A DNA stretch of 64,000 nucleotides. It comes from Acidimicrobiales bacterium. GTDB lineage: Bacteria > Actinomycetota > Acidimicrobiia > Acidimicrobiales > CADCSY01. Under the pieces are notes generated by a model that searched no databases, was not told the DNA's origin, and saw only the letters and a list, made by a program, of their open reading frames with translations. Made by a program: the position numbers and the translations under genes. The first letter of the stretch is position 1. The number at the start of each line of letters is the position of its first letter. The stretch spans positions 743-64,742 of the forward strand of contig DASZDK010000023.1 of the NCBI GenBank assembly GCA_035942035.1, written 5' to 3'. Positions 17,460 through 26,237 of the stretch are shown here, one piece after another.

Positions 17460-18640
17460 CCGTCCGCCCCCGGGCCCCAGGCCACGAACACCGGGTTCTC
17501 CGCCTGCAACCGGGTGCTCCCGCCCACAGGCACGCCCCGCTGCACCGAGACCTGCACCAGGTTGCCGAGCCGCTCGGCGGCGGCGGCGGCCCGGTCGAGG
17601 GCGGCGAAGGTGGCCACCACCCGGCCTCCGGGGCGCAGGCGGGCCAGCACGGCGTCGAGCACGGCCAGGCCGCCGCCGCCGACGAAGACCCGGTCGGGGT
17701 CGGCAAGCCTGTCCAGGGCGTCGGGAGCCTCGCCCTCCACCACCTCGACGGCCACGCCGTGGCGCTCGGCGTTGGCCCGGATGCGCCCGGCGTCGTCGGA
17801 CCGTCGCTCCACCGCCACCACCCGCAGCCCGGGCGCCAGGGCGGCGGCTTCCACAGCGACGCTGCCGCTGCCGGCGCCCACGTCCCACAGCACGCCCGAG
17901 GCGGGCAGGGCCAGCTTGCCCAGCGCCACCGCCCGCACCTCGCCCTTGGTGACCATCCCGCCTCGGGAGGCGAAGGCGGCTTCGGGACGCCCCCACGCCA
18001 AGGTGGGCGCCGGCGCCACCGCGGCGGCGGCCTCCACCAGCACCACCACCGAGCGGGCATCCCACGTCCCCGCCGCCAGCCCCTCCAGGTCGGTCTCGTC
18101 GACCCGCTCGCCGGGCTCGCCCAGCCGGGCGCACACCGCCACCCGCCGCGGTGCCGTCCCCCGGTCGACCAGGGCCCGCCCCAGCGCCTCGGGCGGCGAG
18201 CCGGGCGACACCAGCACCGCCGCCTTGGGCGACCCAGCCGCCACCGCCGCCGCCTCCGCCAGCGGGCGGCCGTGGGCCGAGACCACGGTGGCGTCGTCCC
18301 AGGGCAGGCCCAGGCGGGCGAAGGCCAGGGCCACCGACGACGGGGCGGGGTGGACCTCCAGCCGCTCCGGCCCCAGGCGCTCGGCCAGGGCTCGGACCAC
18401 GCCGAAGAAGCCGGGGTCGCCCGAAGCCAGCACGCACACCCGCCCGGGCTCGGCCTCCACCGCGTCGAGCGCCGGCCCCAGGCCCCCCTCGATGGCCAGC
18501 GTGCGGGCGGCCAGCGGCCGGCAGGCGTCGAGCTGGTGGCGGCCGCCGACGACCAGGTCGGCGGCCTCGAGGGCGCGGCCCGCCGCCTTGCCCACCGGCT
18601 CCCCGCCGAGGAGGGCCACCACCGCCACGCTGGCCACCAT
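17456..18640 (-). CDS. cobL: Precorrin-6Y C5,15-methyltransferase (decarboxylating), CbiE+CbiT fusion
   Basis: 394 aa from the internal Met MVASVAVV. CbiE-type part (…VLASGDPGFFG…) followed by a CbiT-type SAM fold (…VLWDVGAGSGSVAVE…). Confidence 0.9.
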   Translation of the reverse strand: MVASVAVVALLGGEPVGKAAGRALEAADLVVGGRHQLDACRPLAARTLAIEGGLGPALDAVEAEPGRVCVLASGDPGFFGVVRALAERLGPERLEVHPAPSSVALAFARLGLPWDDATVVSAHGRPLAEAAAVAAGSPKAAVLVSPGSPPEALGRALVDRGTAPRRVAVCARLGEPGERVDETDLEGLAAGTWDARSVVVLVEAAAAVAPAPTLAWGRPEAAFASRGGMVTKGEVRAVALGKLALPASGVLWDVGAGSGSVAVEAAALAPGLRVVAVERRSDDAGRIRANAERHGVAVEVVEGEAPDALDRLADPDRVFVGGGGLAVLDAVLARLRPGGRVVATFAALDRAAAAAERLGNLVQVSVQRGVPVGGSTRLQAENPVFVAWGPGADG

Positions 18641-18645
18641 CGGCG

Positions 18646-19737
18646 TCAACCCGCCCGCCCGCAGCCGGCGGTGGCGACCACACGCTCGCCCTCGAAGTCG
18701 ACCATGGTCACCTCGACGTCGAGGGCACCGCCGGCATGGTGGGCGCAGGCCCGGGCCGCCCGCCGGCACAGCTCGATCAGCGGCCCGGTCACGCCGGTGG
18801 CGTCGCACACCTCGAAGAAGTGGCGGGCGGTGGCCGTCTCGGTGGCCGCCGCCACCACCGTTGCCGGCGCCCCTGCCTGCCGGGCCGCCTCGGCCAGCAG
18901 TTCGCCATCGACCCGCGACCGGTGGAAGTGGGTCATCATCACGCCGGCGGCCAGCTTGGCGATCTTGCCCACCATCCCCACGAAGGCGACCCGGCGGACG
19001 CCCCGAGCAGCGGCCCGGCGCAGGGCGATCCCGGTGAAGTCGCCTACCTCGACCAGGCACACCTCGGGCAGCTCCGGGTGGAGGCGGCGGGCGGCTCCCT
19101 CGGAGCGGCTCCCGGTGGCCAGGGCCAGGGCATCGGCCCCGTTGGCGGCGGCCACGTCGATCTGCTGCACCACCGACGCACGGTAGGACGCCGTGGAGAA
19201 GGGGCGCACCACGCCGGTGGTGCCGAGGATGGAGATGCCGCCGAGGATGCCGAGGCGGGCGTTGGTGGTCTTGTCCGCCATGGCCTCACCCCCGGGCACC
19301 GAGAAGGTGACGACCACCGGGCGGGGTGTGGCCTCGGCCAGGGCGGCCAGGATCATGCGCCGGGGCACGGGGTTGATGGCGGGCACGCCCACGGGAAGGC
19401 CCAGGCCGGGCCGGGTCACGGTGCCCACGCCGGCCCCATTGCGGAGCGCCGTGGCCGTCCCCGGCGGCGCCCAGGTCACCTCGGCGGTCATGCGGGCGCC
19501 GTCGGTGCAGTCGGGGTCGTCGCCGGCGTCCTTGACCACCACGCACCGCAGCGGGCTCTCGGCCTCCACGGCGAAGCGCACCCGGCGGCCGCCGGGCAGG
19601 GCCACCTCCACCTCGGGCGGCGGAGCCCCCGCCGCCAGGCCCAGGGCGGCGGCCTTGGCGGCGGCGGCAGCGCAGGTGCCCGTGGTCCAGCCGGTGCGCA
19701 GCCCGGCGCCGGTCGGTGGAGACGAGGTGGCGGTCAC
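18646..19737 (-). CDS. cbiD: Cobalt-precorrin-5B C1-methyltransferase (CbiD)
   Basis: …LRTGWTTGTCAAAAAKAA…VVKDAGDDPDCT…INPVPRRMI…LGILGGISILGTTGVVRPFS…. The GTG start overlaps the cobM stop. Confidence 0.9.
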   Translation of the reverse strand: MTATSSPPTGAGLRTGWTTGTCAAAAAKAAALGLAAGAPPPEVEVALPGGRRVRFAVEAESPLRCVVVKDAGDDPDCTDGARMTAEVTWAPPGTATALRNGAGVGTVTRPGLGLPVGVPAINPVPRRMILAALAEATPRPVVVTFSVPGGEAMADKTTNARLGILGGISILGTTGVVRPFSTASYRASVVQQIDVAAANGADALALATGSRSEGAARRLHPELPEVCLVEVGDFTGIALRRAAARGVRRVAFVGMVGKIAKLAAGVMMTHFHRSRVDGELLAEAARQAGAPATVVAAATETATARHFFEVCDATGVTGPLIELCRRAARACAHHAGGALDVEVTMVDFEGERVVATAGCGRAG

Positions 19738-20522
19738 TTCGGCCGCCCCGCGGTGGTGCCCGGCGCCGAGCGCCGGCGGAAGCCGTGGGCGTAGTCCGGC
19801 GAGTACAGGTGGCTGCGCCGGCCGCCGCCGGCCAGGGCCCCTCCCACCAGCACCAACACCGTGGTGCGGGCGCCGGTGGCCTCGAGATCGCGTGCCAGGT
19901 GGCCCACGGTGGTGGTCACCACCTGCTGGTCGGGCCGGGTGGCCCGCACCACCACGGCGGCGGGGGTGTCGGCGGTGTAGGCCGACCCGCCGGCCAGCAG
20001 CTCGGCCTGCAGCTCGTGGGGCCGGGCGGCGGACAGGAACACCGCCATGGTGGCCCCGGTGGCGGCGAAGGCGGCGATCGACTCGCCCGGCGGTACCGAG
20101 TCGGACGTCCGCCCCGGCAGGCGGGTGGCCACCACGCTCTGGGACACGCCGGGAACGGTGAGCTCCCGGCCCAGCACAGCCGCCGCCGCCGACAGGGAGG
20201 TGACCCCGGGGACCACCTCGAACTCCTGCCCGTGCTCGACGCACCAGTCGATCTGCTCGTGCACGGCGCCGTAGAGCGACGGGTCGCCAGAGTGCAGCCG
20301 GACCACGGCGGCGCCGGCGGCGGCCCGGTAGACGTCGAGCACGTCCTCGAGGGTCATGGCCGCCGAGTCGTGCACCTCGACATCGGCCCGGCAGTGGCCG
20401 AGCAGGGCCTCGGGCACCAGCGACGAGGCCCACACCACCACGTCGGCGCCAGCCAGGCGGTCGCGCCCCCGCAGGGTGATGAGGTCGGCGGCGCCGGGGC
20501 CGGCGCCCACGAACGAGATCAC
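19734..20522 (-). CDS. cobM: Precorrin-4 C11-methyltransferase (CobM/CbiF)
   Basis: MISFVGAGPGAADLITLRG…RLHSGDPSLYGA…VPGVTS…, the class III tetrapyrrole methylase signature. Confidence 0.9.
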   Translation of the reverse strand: MISFVGAGPGAADLITLRGRDRLAGADVVVWASSLVPEALLGHCRADVEVHDSAAMTLEDVLDVYRAAAGAAVVRLHSGDPSLYGAVHEQIDWCVEHGQEFEVVPGVTSLSAAAAVLGRELTVPGVSQSVVATRLPGRTSDSVPPGESIAAFAATGATMAVFLSAARPHELQAELLAGGSAYTADTPAAVVVRATRPDQQVVTTTVGHLARDLEATGARTTVLVLVGGALAGGGRRSHLYSPDYAHGFRRRSAPGTTAGRPK

Positions 20523-21241
20523 GGCGCCTCCCGCTCGGTCCGGTGCGGAGGCACGACCACGGTGGCCAGGTACGAGGCGTGCTCGCCGGCCCGCTCGGCC
20601 ACCGGGCAGACGCGCTCGCCGTCCAGGCCGAGCAGCTCGCCCACCACCGCCCCGTCCAGGCGACCGGCCTGGCCCAGGCGCTCGGCCAGCTCGGGCAGGT
20701 GGTGCCCGCCCTTGTAGACCACCACGGCGGCGGCGGGGTCGGCCACGGCGGCGTCGAAGGCGTCCGTGCCGTCCAGCCCGGTGACCACGGTGAGCACCTC
20801 AGCCCCGTCGGCCACCACCGTGCCGGCCCGGGCGGCCAGGTCCTGGAAGGCCATGATCCCCGGCACCGTCTCCACCGGCACGGCGGGGCGTTGGGCTCGC
20901 ACGGCGGCCACCACCGACGACACCGTGCTGTAGAGGTTGGGGTCGCCGAGGGTGACGAAGGCCACCCGCTCGCCGGCGTCGAGGTGCTCGACCAGCCGGC
21001 CGGCGGCCTCGGCGATGCCGGCGTCCCGGGACGTGCCCTGGCGGGCCATGACGAAGACCAGTCGCTCGACGGCGACCTCGGGCGCGGCCCGGCGCACCAC
21101 CGACTCGGCCCGACCCTCGACCTCGGGGTCGCTGACCGGGGCGAAGACGCGGTCGGCGTCCCGCAGCGCCCGGAGGGCTCGCAGGGTCAAGAGCTCGGGG
21201 TCACCGGGGCCCACCCCGACGCCGATCAGCGCTGCTGTCAT
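20519..21241 (-). CDS. cobI: Precorrin-2 C20-methyltransferase (CobI/CbiL)
   Basis: LIGVGVGPGDPELLTLRA…VTLGDPNLYST…VPGIMAF…. First gene after the minus-strand riboswitch. Confidence 0.9.
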   Translation of the reverse strand: MTAALIGVGVGPGDPELLTLRALRALRDADRVFAPVSDPEVEGRAESVVRRAAPEVAVERLVFVMARQGTSRDAGIAEAAGRLVEHLDAGERVAFVTLGDPNLYSTVSSVVAAVRAQRPAVPVETVPGIMAFQDLAARAGTVVADGAEVLTVVTGLDGTDAFDAAVADPAAAVVVYKGGHHLPELAERLGQAGRLDGAVVGELLGLDGERVCPVAERAGEHASYLATVVVPPHRTEREAP

Positions 21242-21254
21242 CCCATGCCTCGTG

Positions 21255-21425
21255 GGACGCTCCTCTTCCTGCCCGCAGCCGGTCTCCTGGCTCCCGGATC
21301 GACGCTCACCCCCGCCTTCCCGTCGCCGGTGGCGTCATGGGGGTTCGCTCCCCGGTCACAGTGGCGGCACCGCGCCGGGCTCGCACCGGCTTCCCGTGCA
21401 CTGCAGACGGGGCGACCCTAGTGGA
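21255..21425 (-). promoter_or_regulatory. Cobalamin (AdoCbl) riboswitch
   Basis: The minus strand reads …GGGAAGCCGGTGCGAGCCCGGCGCGGTGCCGCCACTGTGACCGGGGAGCGAACCCC…GCCACCGGCGACGGGAAGGCG…AGCCAGGAGACCGGC…, directly upstream of cobI. It shares the GTGACCGGGGAGCGAACCCC block with the riboswitch at 9286. Boundaries are approximate. Confidence 0.85.
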
Positions 21426-21462
21426 GCGGCGGCGTCCAGGCCCGCCCGCGGCAGTGCCGGGG

Positions 21463-21876
21463 TCAGCCGCCGCGTAGGAGGCAGAAGGGATGGCCGGCCG
21501 GGTCGAGGAAGACGCGGAAGCTCGTGCCGGGCTGGAAATCCGCCTTGCGGGCGCCCAGGGCCAGGACCTGCTCCTCGCCGGCGTCGAGATCGTCGACGTC
21601 GAAGTCCAGGTGCGCCTGCTGCGGCCGTTCTCCGCCCGGCCACACCGGCGACTCGTGGTCGGGGGCGAGCTGAAAGGCGAGGGTGACGCCGCCGGTGCTG
21701 CGCAGCTGCACCCACTCCCCGTCGCCGTCGTCGTCCTCGACGTCCCAGCCGGTGATGGCGCTGTAGAAGGCGGCCAGCGACCGGGGGTCACGGCAGTCCA
21801 GGGCCACCACGCTCAGGCGTCCGAGGGGAACCACGCCGGAAGTCTCGCAGGCCTCGCCGCCGCCCAGTGGCATCAT
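21463..21876 (-). CDS. VOC (glyoxalase/bleomycin-resistance/dioxygenase) family protein
   Basis: …LSVVALDCRDPRSLAAFYSAITGW…AHLDFDVDDLD…VFLDPAGHPFCL. Start uncertain (Met at 21876 or 21873 chosen rather than 21942). Confidence 0.7.
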   Translation of the reverse strand: MMPLGGGEACETSGVVPLGRLSVVALDCRDPRSLAAFYSAITGWDVEDDDGDGEWVQLRSTGGVTLAFQLAPDHESPVWPGGERPQQAHLDFDVDDLDAGEEQVLALGARKADFQPGTSFRVFLDPAGHPFCLLRGG

Positions 21877-21909
21877 GCGCCGGACAGCGGGGCCGGCACG
21901 GAGGATGAC

Positions 21910-22296
21910 ATGGCAGGAAGCACCCCACAGGAGACCGATCACCTGGTGGAGCAGGCGATCTCGGGAGAGAACGTCGAGGCGTTGCTCGACCTGTTCGAGC
22001 CCGACGCGGTGTTCATCGATCCGGCGAGCGGCACGGAGTTGCGGGGTCGCGACCAGATCCGGGACGCGGTCCTCGAAATGCTGGAGTCGAAGCCCCGGAT
22101 CATCCCCGGGCCACCACCAACGGTCGTCATCTCTGGGGACATCGCCCTGGTGCTGTCGCAGTGGACCATGGAGGCCGCCGGTCCGGACGGTGAGGTGTTC
22201 CGCCAGTCCGGGACCGCCACCGACGTGATGCGCCGACAGGCGGACGGCACGTGGCGCTACGTCATCGACAACCCGGGCGGCGTGGCCCAGCCCTGA
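21910..22296 (+). CDS. SnoaL-like / NTF2-fold (DUF4440-like) protein
   Basis: 128 aa: …LLDLFEPDAVFIDPASG…GDIALVLSQWTM…ATDVMRRQADGTWRYVIDNP. Confidence 0.7.
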   Translation: MAGSTPQETDHLVEQAISGENVEALLDLFEPDAVFIDPASGTELRGRDQIRDAVLEMLESKPRIIPGPPPTVVISGDIALVLSQWTMEAAGPDGEVFRQSGTATDVMRRQADGTWRYVIDNPGGVAQP

Positions 22297-22393
22297 GCGG
22301 CGCCGTCACCCGAAACAGGGCTCGCTCGTCCCTGAGCAGCGGGAGCTGGATCGCCGCCCGTCGGCGACCGGGCGGCCCCGGCCCCAAGGATCC

Positions 22394-22657
22394 TCAGAGG
22401 TCGCCGGTGCGAACGTCGAGGCCGGCGGCGGCCAGTGACTCCTCCAGCTGCTGGCGCTCGCCGGCGCTGAGCAGGCGCCCCTTCTCGCCGGCACCGGGAA
22501 CGGGGACCTCGAGCATCCCCGCGGCAACAGCGAGGGCGGCGTCGTAGGCGGCCAGGTCGGTGTCCCACTCGTCCCGGGTCGGCTGCTCGTAGGCGATGAG
22601 GCGGCGCCGGCGCTCCCGCAGGTCGGCGCCCACCTGCTCGATGGGAGCGCGGCTCAC
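22394..22657 (-). CDS. Hypothetical 87 aa protein translationally coupled to cobB
   Basis: The GTG at 22657 overlaps the cobB TGA (GTGA). Helical, charged sequence VSRAPIEQVGADLRERRRRLIAYEQPTRDEWDTDLAAYDAALAV…. No family recognised. Confidence 0.45.
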   Translation of the reverse strand: MSRAPIEQVGADLRERRRRLIAYEQPTRDEWDTDLAAYDAALAVAAGMLEVPVPGAGEKGRLLSAGERQQLEESLAAAGLDVRTGDL

Positions 22658-24042
22658 GCCGACGCCCGCCCTTCGCCGGCGCCGGCGGGCGTGGCCGCGG
22701 CCACGAACCGTTCGGCCACCTCGGGCGCCCCGCCCAGGTGGAGGTGGAGGTAGGAGGCCACCAGCGTGGGCGAGGCCCAGCCGGCGGTGGCCCGCCCGTG
22801 GCGGCCGGACAGGTCGAGGCCGTCCCCCGCCGGCGCCAGCTCCGAGTAGTGGAACTCGTGGCCCCACAGGGCGGTGCCGGCGGGACCTAGCGGGCTGTCC
22901 CGGCGAATTGTCGCCCGCCGGTAGCCGAGCGACAGGCGCCCGGTCATGTGCCCGTCACCGGGCAGCGCCCCGGCCAGCCGGCTGCCGTCGAGCGAGCGCG
23001 AGAGCCACAGGAGCCCTCCGCACTCGGCCCAGGTCACCAGGCCGGCAGCCACCCTCCGGCGGACGTCGTCGAGCAGGGGCCGGTTGGCGGCCAGCGCCCC
23101 GGCGAAGACCTCCGGGAACCCCCCGCCGGCCACCAGCCCGGTCGCCCCCTCGGGCAGGGCGGGGTCGGCGCACGGGTCGAACGGCAGCAGCTCGGCACCG
23201 GCCGACGCCAGCAGCTCCAGGTTGTCGGGATAGGAGAAGCTGAACGCCGGACCGCCGGCCACCGCCACCCGGGCCCGACCCACCGGCCGGGCGGCGAGAG
23301 GCGCCTCGGTCACGAGCGCCGGCGCCGACGCGGCCAAGCGCACCACCGCGTCGAGGTCGACCGAGGCGCCCACGATCCGGGCCAGCCGGTCGAGCGATCG
23401 CCGGACCTGCTCCGGCTGCTCGGCCACCGGCACCAGGCCGAGGTGGCGGTCCCGCCAGGCCAGGTGGTCGTCACGGTGCAGGGCGCCGAGCACGGGCACG
23501 CCGAGCGGCTCGAGGGCCGTCCGCAGGGCGGCCTCGTGGCCGGCACTGCCCACCCGGTTGAGCACGACGCCGCCCAGGCGAAGCCGGTCGTCGAAGTCGC
23601 GGAACCCCTGCACCACGGCGGCCACCGACCGGCTCATGCCGCCGGCGTCGACCACCAGCACCACCGGTGCCTCCAGCAGGCGGGCGATGTGGGCGGTGCT
23701 GGCCAGGTCGACCGGTGGCGCCTGGTCCTCGACCCGGGGTGTCAGGGCTCCGTCGAAGCACCCCATGACGCCCTCGACCACCAGGACGTCGGCGCCCTCC
23801 CCGGCCCGGGCGGCCAGCGGCGCCATCGTCTCCTCCCCGCACATCCACGGATCGAGGTTGCGCCCGGGGCGGTCGGTGGCCAGGGCGTGGTAGCCGGGGT
23901 CGATGAAGTCGGGCCCCACCTTCGCCGACGCCACCGCCGTCCCCCACCGGCGCAGAGCGGCCATGAGCCCGGTCGCCACGGTGGTCTTGCCCACCCCCGA
24001 GGCGGTGCCCGCCACGACCAGCCGGGGCCCGAGCCGCGCCAC
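22654..24042 (-). CDS. cobB: Cobyrinate a,c-diamide synthase (CobB/CbiA)
   Basis: …VVAGTASGVGKTTVATGL…KVGPDFIDPGYH…, with a C-terminal glutamine amidotransferase part (…AECGGLLWL…GHEFHYS…). Confidence 0.9.
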   Translation of the reverse strand: MARLGPRLVVAGTASGVGKTTVATGLMAALRRWGTAVASAKVGPDFIDPGYHALATDRPGRNLDPWMCGEETMAPLAARAGEGADVLVVEGVMGCFDGALTPRVEDQAPPVDLASTAHIARLLEAPVVLVVDAGGMSRSVAAVVQGFRDFDDRLRLGGVVLNRVGSAGHEAALRTALEPLGVPVLGALHRDDHLAWRDRHLGLVPVAEQPEQVRRSLDRLARIVGASVDLDAVVRLAASAPALVTEAPLAARPVGRARVAVAGGPAFSFSYPDNLELLASAGAELLPFDPCADPALPEGATGLVAGGGFPEVFAGALAANRPLLDDVRRRVAAGLVTWAECGGLLWLSRSLDGSRLAGALPGDGHMTGRLSLGYRRATIRRDSPLGPAGTALWGHEFHYSELAPAGDGLDLSGRHGRATAGWASPTLVASYLHLHLGGAPEVAERFVAAATPAGAGEGRASA

Positions 24043-24044
24043 GG

Positions 24045-24569
24045 TCAGTACTCGATGCCCTTTTTGGCGGTGATGCCCTGGTCGAAGGCGTGCTTGACCT
24101 TGCGCATGTCGGTGACGGTGTCGGCCACCTCGATCAGCTCGGGGGCGGCGTCCCGCCCGGTGATAACCACGTTGGTGTGCTCGGCCCGCTCACGGATGCC
24201 GGCCACCACCTCCTCGACCGGGATCCACCCGAAGGTCACGGCATAGGTGAGCTCGTCGAAGATGAGCAAGTCGTAGTCGCCCGAGGCCAGCTTGGCCCGG
24301 GCCACCTCCCAGGCGTGGCGGCCCTTGGCCGCCGACTCGTCGAGGTCGGTGGACTCCCAGGTGAACCCGTCGCCCAGGGTGTGCCACTCGATGCCCAGGT
24401 GGTCGGCCAGCTTGCGTTCGCCCGTCTTCCACTGGCCGCCCTTGATGAACTGCACCACCCCGACCCGCCAGCCGCGGGCCCATCCCCGGCCCATGACCCC
24501 GAACGCCGACGACGACTTGCCCTTGCCGTGCCCGGTGTTGATGAGCACGAGGGAACGGGCGCGGGCCAT
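24045..24569 (-). CDS. cobO: Cob(I)yrinic acid a,c-diamide adenosyltransferase (CobO/BtuR type)
   Basis: …INTGHGKGKSSSAFG…VVQFIKG…DLLIFDELTYA…VITGRDAP…KHAFDQGITAKKGIEY. Confidence 0.9.
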   Translation of the reverse strand: MARARSLVLINTGHGKGKSSSAFGVMGRGWARGWRVGVVQFIKGGQWKTGERKLADHLGIEWHTLGDGFTWESTDLDESAAKGRHAWEVARAKLASGDYDLLIFDELTYAVTFGWIPVEEVVAGIRERAEHTNVVITGRDAAPELIEVADTVTDMRKVKHAFDQGITAKKGIEY

Positions 24570-24695
24570 GCGCGGCAGGGTAGCGGCGGACCTGTCGGGG
24601 CTCCGGCACTACCGTCGTCACCCTGTGCCTGCCGTTGTCGTCCCCCAGCGTCGCTCGGCGACGGAACCCGCCCGGAGACCGCCCGGGGGGCGGCG

Positions 24696-26237
24696 GTGAG
24701 GGGCGGGCTCATGGTGTGCGGCACCGCCAGCAACGTGGGCAAGAGCCACGTGGTCAGCGGCCTGTGCCGGCTGCTGGCCCGCCGGGGGGTGCGGGTGGCG
24801 CCGTTCAAGTCCCAGAACATGGCGCTCAACTCGTGGGTGACGGCGAGCGGCCACGAGATCGGACGGGCCCAGGGCGTGCAGGCGGTGGCCGCCGGGGCCG
24901 AGCCCGAGGTGGCCATGAACCCGATCCTGCTCAAGCCCACCGGCGAGCGCACCAGCCAGGTGGTGGTGATGGGACGGCCCGCGGGTCACCTCGACGCCGC
25001 CGCCTACCACGAGCTCAAGCCCCAGCTGTGGGACGTGGTGCTCGGCGCCCTCGACGACCTGCGGTCCCGCTACGACGTGGTGATCGCGGAGGGGGCGGGG
25101 AGCCCGACGGAGATCAACCTCCTGGCCCATGACATCGTCAACCTGCCTCTGGCCCGGCGGGCGGGGCTGCCCGCTGTGGTGGTGGGCGACATCGACCGAG
25201 GCGGCGTGTTCGCCGCCCTCTACGGCACCGTGGCCCTGCTGCCCGAGCGCTACCGGGCCCTGGTCCGGGGCTTCGTGATCAACAAGTTCCGGGGCGACCC
25301 CGCCCTGCTGGGCGACGGCGCCGCCGAGCTCCAGCGCCGGTGCGGGGTGCCCACCCTCGGGGTGCTGCCCTGGGTGCACGACGTGGCCCTCGACGCCGAG
25401 GACTCGCTGGCGCTGGCCGGGCGCGGGCCCACAGCCGCGGCGCCGGCGGTGGCCGACACCCTGGACGTGGCCGCCGTGCGCTTCCCCCGCATCGCCAACT
25501 TCACCGATCTCGACGCCCTCGCCGTCGAGCCCGGCGTGGAGGTGCGCCTGGTCGACTCGGCCGGCGCCCTCGGCCGGCCCGACCTGGTGGTGCTGCCTGG
25601 GACCAAGGCCACGGTCGACGACCTCGACTGGCTGCGGGGCCGGGGCCTCGACCGGGCCATCGACGCCTCCGGCGCCCTGGTGCTCGGCATCTGCGGGGGC
25701 GAGCAGATGATGGGCCGGCGCATCACCGACACGGTGGAGTCGGGCCGGGGTGAGGTCGAGGGCCTGGGCTGGCTCGACGTGACCACCACCTTCGCCCCCG
25801 ACAAGGTCACCCGCCAGCGCCGGGGCGAGGCCATGGGCCAGCGGGCCGCCGGCTACCAGATCCACCACGGGCGGGTGGCACGGGGCAAGGCGGCGGCGGC
25901 GTGGGTCCACCTCGACGACGTGTACGGCGAGCACGAGGAGGGCGCCGTCGACCTGGTGGACGCCCGCTTCCTCGGCACCACCCTCCACGGGCTGTTCGAG
26001 CAGGACGCCTTTCGGGCGGCCTTCCTCACCGAAGTGGGCCGGCGGGCCGGCAAGCGGTTCGTGCCCGCCGGCGTGTCGTTCGCCGCCGAGCGCCAGGCCC
26101 AGCTCGATCGCCTGGCCGACCTGGTGGAGGCCTCCCTCGACCTGGCCGCCCTCGACGCCATCGTGGCCGAGGGGGCGCAGCCGGCGGACGCCGGCGCCGG
26201 CGCCGACCCGGTCCCCGTCCCGAGGCGGGCGTCGTGA
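24696..26237 (+). CDS. cobQ: Cobyric acid synthase
   Basis: V/MRGGLMVCGTASNVGKSHVV…FKSQNMALNS…AEGAGSPTEINL…VINKFRGD…. GATase part …LPGTKATVDDL…GICGGEQMMG…GYQIHHG…. Start is GTG 24696 or ATG 24711. Confidence 0.9.
   Translation: MRGGLMVCGTASNVGKSHVVSGLCRLLARRGVRVAPFKSQNMALNSWVTASGHEIGRAQGVQAVAAGAEPEVAMNPILLKPTGERTSQVVVMGRPAGHLDAAAYHELKPQLWDVVLGALDDLRSRYDVVIAEGAGSPTEINLLAHDIVNLPLARRAGLPAVVVGDIDRGGVFAALYGTVALLPERYRALVRGFVINKFRGDPALLGDGAAELQRRCGVPTLGVLPWVHDVALDAEDSLALAGRGPTAAAPAVADTLDVAAVRFPRIANFTDLDALAVEPGVEVRLVDSAGALGRPDLVVLPGTKATVDDLDWLRGRGLDRAIDASGALVLGICGGEQMMGRRITDTVESGRGEVEGLGWLDVTTTFAPDKVTRQRRGEAMGQRAAGYQIHHGRVARGKAAAAWVHLDDVYGEHEEGAVDLVDARFLGTTLHGLFEQDAFRAAFLTEVGRRAGKRFVPAGVSFAAERQAQLDRLADLVEASLDLAALDAIVAEGAQPADAGAGADPVPVPRRAS

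Noticed and set aside
15777-18683. A 968 aa ORF that looks like one giant protein.
   Set aside because: The N-terminal roughly 400 aa is Arg/Gly/Pro-rich junk antisense or overlapping to cobL. The real gene is the 560 aa CbiG::CobJ, which starts at the GTG overlapping the cobL stop (17459).
15900-19037. A 1045 aa plus-strand ORF opposite the corrin operon. Similar long antisense ORFs are 9623..11212, 27236..30166, 58267..60558, 24618..25988, 31316..32701, 12065..13384, 8378..9448 and 43846..45051.
   Set aside because: These are low-complexity Arg/Gly/Pro/His-rich translations lying antisense to genes with strong family signatures. They are a typical stop-codon-poor artefact of DNA at about 70% GC.
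24570-24695. A possible third cobalamin riboswitch in the cobO/cobQ divergent region.
   Set aside because: The region is only 126 nt, and I could not find the GGGAA…GGTG…CCGC core or a B12-box-like AGxCxGGAxACCxGCC element on either strand. This needs a covariance-model scan to be certain.
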